This document shows, piece after piece, positions 63,552 through 64,000 of a DNA stretch of 64,000 bases (position 1 is the stretch's first letter; each line of letters begins with the position of its first letter). Under the pieces are notes generated by a model. The model saw only the letters and a program-made list of their open reading frames with translations. It searched no databases and had not been told where the DNA came from. The DNA is from Oscillospiraceae bacterium (GTDB taxonomy: Bacteria > Bacillota > Clostridia > Oscillospirales > Acutalibacteraceae), in NCBI GenBank assembly GCA_015066175.1, contig SVOW01000013.1, positions 38,562-102,561 on the forward strand. Reading direction: 5' to 3'. Both the position numbers and the translations under genes were made by a program.

Positions 63552-64000
63552 TTAAATGTAAGGTGCCGGGTCTATAGTATTTCCCCACATACCATCACGG
63601 ATTTCAAAGTGACAGTGAGCACCTGTGGAGTTACCTGTTGTGCCCATAATTGCTATCTGCTCGCCCTGAGCAACTCGCTGACCCACATAAACATTCAATG
63701 TGTAGTTATGTGCATAGAGAGTAAGGAAACCGTCATCGTGGGTGATCATAACTGTGTTTCCGTAGCCTGAACACCAGCCTGCGTAAGAAACAGTACCTGC
63801 TTTTGAAGCAACAATCTGCTTTGTGAAAGGTCCTGTCTGTCCGCCTGAACCACCACATGAAATATCAATACCTGCGTGGAGTTTATACACACCTGTTACG
63901 GGGTTAACTCTGTAGCCGTAGGGTGATGAAATATAACGGTCTGAATAAGGTACGGGGTTGGTGTAGCCTGTGGGGTTAACAGACGGAACATAGTTTGTTG
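63552..64000 (-). CDS. M23 (LytM-type) peptidase, C-terminal part; continues past the right window edge
   Basis: ISSPYGYRVNPVTGVYKLHAGIDI...YAHNY...GTTGNSTGAHCHFEI. The frame stays open upstream of the ORF-track GTG to position 64000. Confidence 0.85.
   Translation of the reverse strand, partial: TNYVPSVNPTGYTNPVPYSDRYISSPYGYRVNPVTGVYKLHAGIDISCGGSGGQTGPFTKQIVASKAGTVSYAGWCSGYGNTVMITHDDGFLTLYAHNYTLNVYVGQRVAQGEQIAIMGTTGNSTGAHCHFEIRDGMWGNTIDPAPYI

Noticed and set aside
1-64000. tRNA, rRNA, tmRNA and group II intron / retroelement signatures.
   Set aside because: No cloverleaf-like segments, rRNA-like conserved blocks or reverse-transcriptase ORFs were seen in any intergenic region. A tRNAscan or Infernal run would be needed for certainty.

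Overview
This 64-kb window looks like a low-GC, anaerobic, spore-forming Firmicute of the Clostridia. The taxon is inferred from gene content only: yunB, bofA, a pdaA-like deacetylase, HydABC hydrogenase, T-box leaders and 2-oxoacid:ferredoxin oxidoreductase. No rRNA, tRNA or CRISPR array was seen.

The left ~12 kb is visibly AT-rich accessory DNA.
- An NRPS gene runs off the left edge. Upstream of it is a 22-bp inverted-repeat-bounded promoter segment and a decayed tyrosine recombinase.
- An integrative mobilizable element follows, carrying a MobV relaxase, a candidate oriT, a Rep ATPase, Xis and Int.
- A second, integrase-less element carries an orphan 547-aa membrane protein and a hicA-hicB-secB-like three-gene module.
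- Both elements end in a ~100-bp direct repeat that includes the last 11 nt of rpsI, so this looks like tandem integration at the rpsI 3' end.

The rest is mostly core genome.
- rpsI-rplM, then a surface-decoration cluster (LicD, cytidylyltransferase, 2-hydroxyacid dehydrogenase).
- A four-subunit 2-oxoacid:ferredoxin oxidoreductase lies downstream of two paralogous HTH-cupin-acyl-CoA-synthetase fusion genes. Each fusion gene is preceded by a T-box leader. My hand-read specifier codons are GUA (Val) and AUC (Ile), which suggests tRNA-sensed salvage of branched-chain fatty acids into amino acids.
- tex, a GH38 mannosidase and the hydC-hydB-hydA bifurcating [FeFe] hydrogenase operon with its putative H2-sensing regulatory module.
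- Sporulation genes, several glycan-active enzymes, an LCP protein with a 15-bp tandem repeat, rpsU, pepP-like, Nudix and an M23 peptidase.

REP-like hairpin elements with a GTAG head are scattered through the core, and a cognate IS200-like REP-associated (RAYT-type) transposase gene is present. That gene is flanked by these hairpins and contains two of them in frame. Every repeat module is delimited by the 12-bp palindrome AAATTATAATTT, with 12 perfect copies in the window.

All calls come from reading the sequence and the ORF translations. No database search was run.
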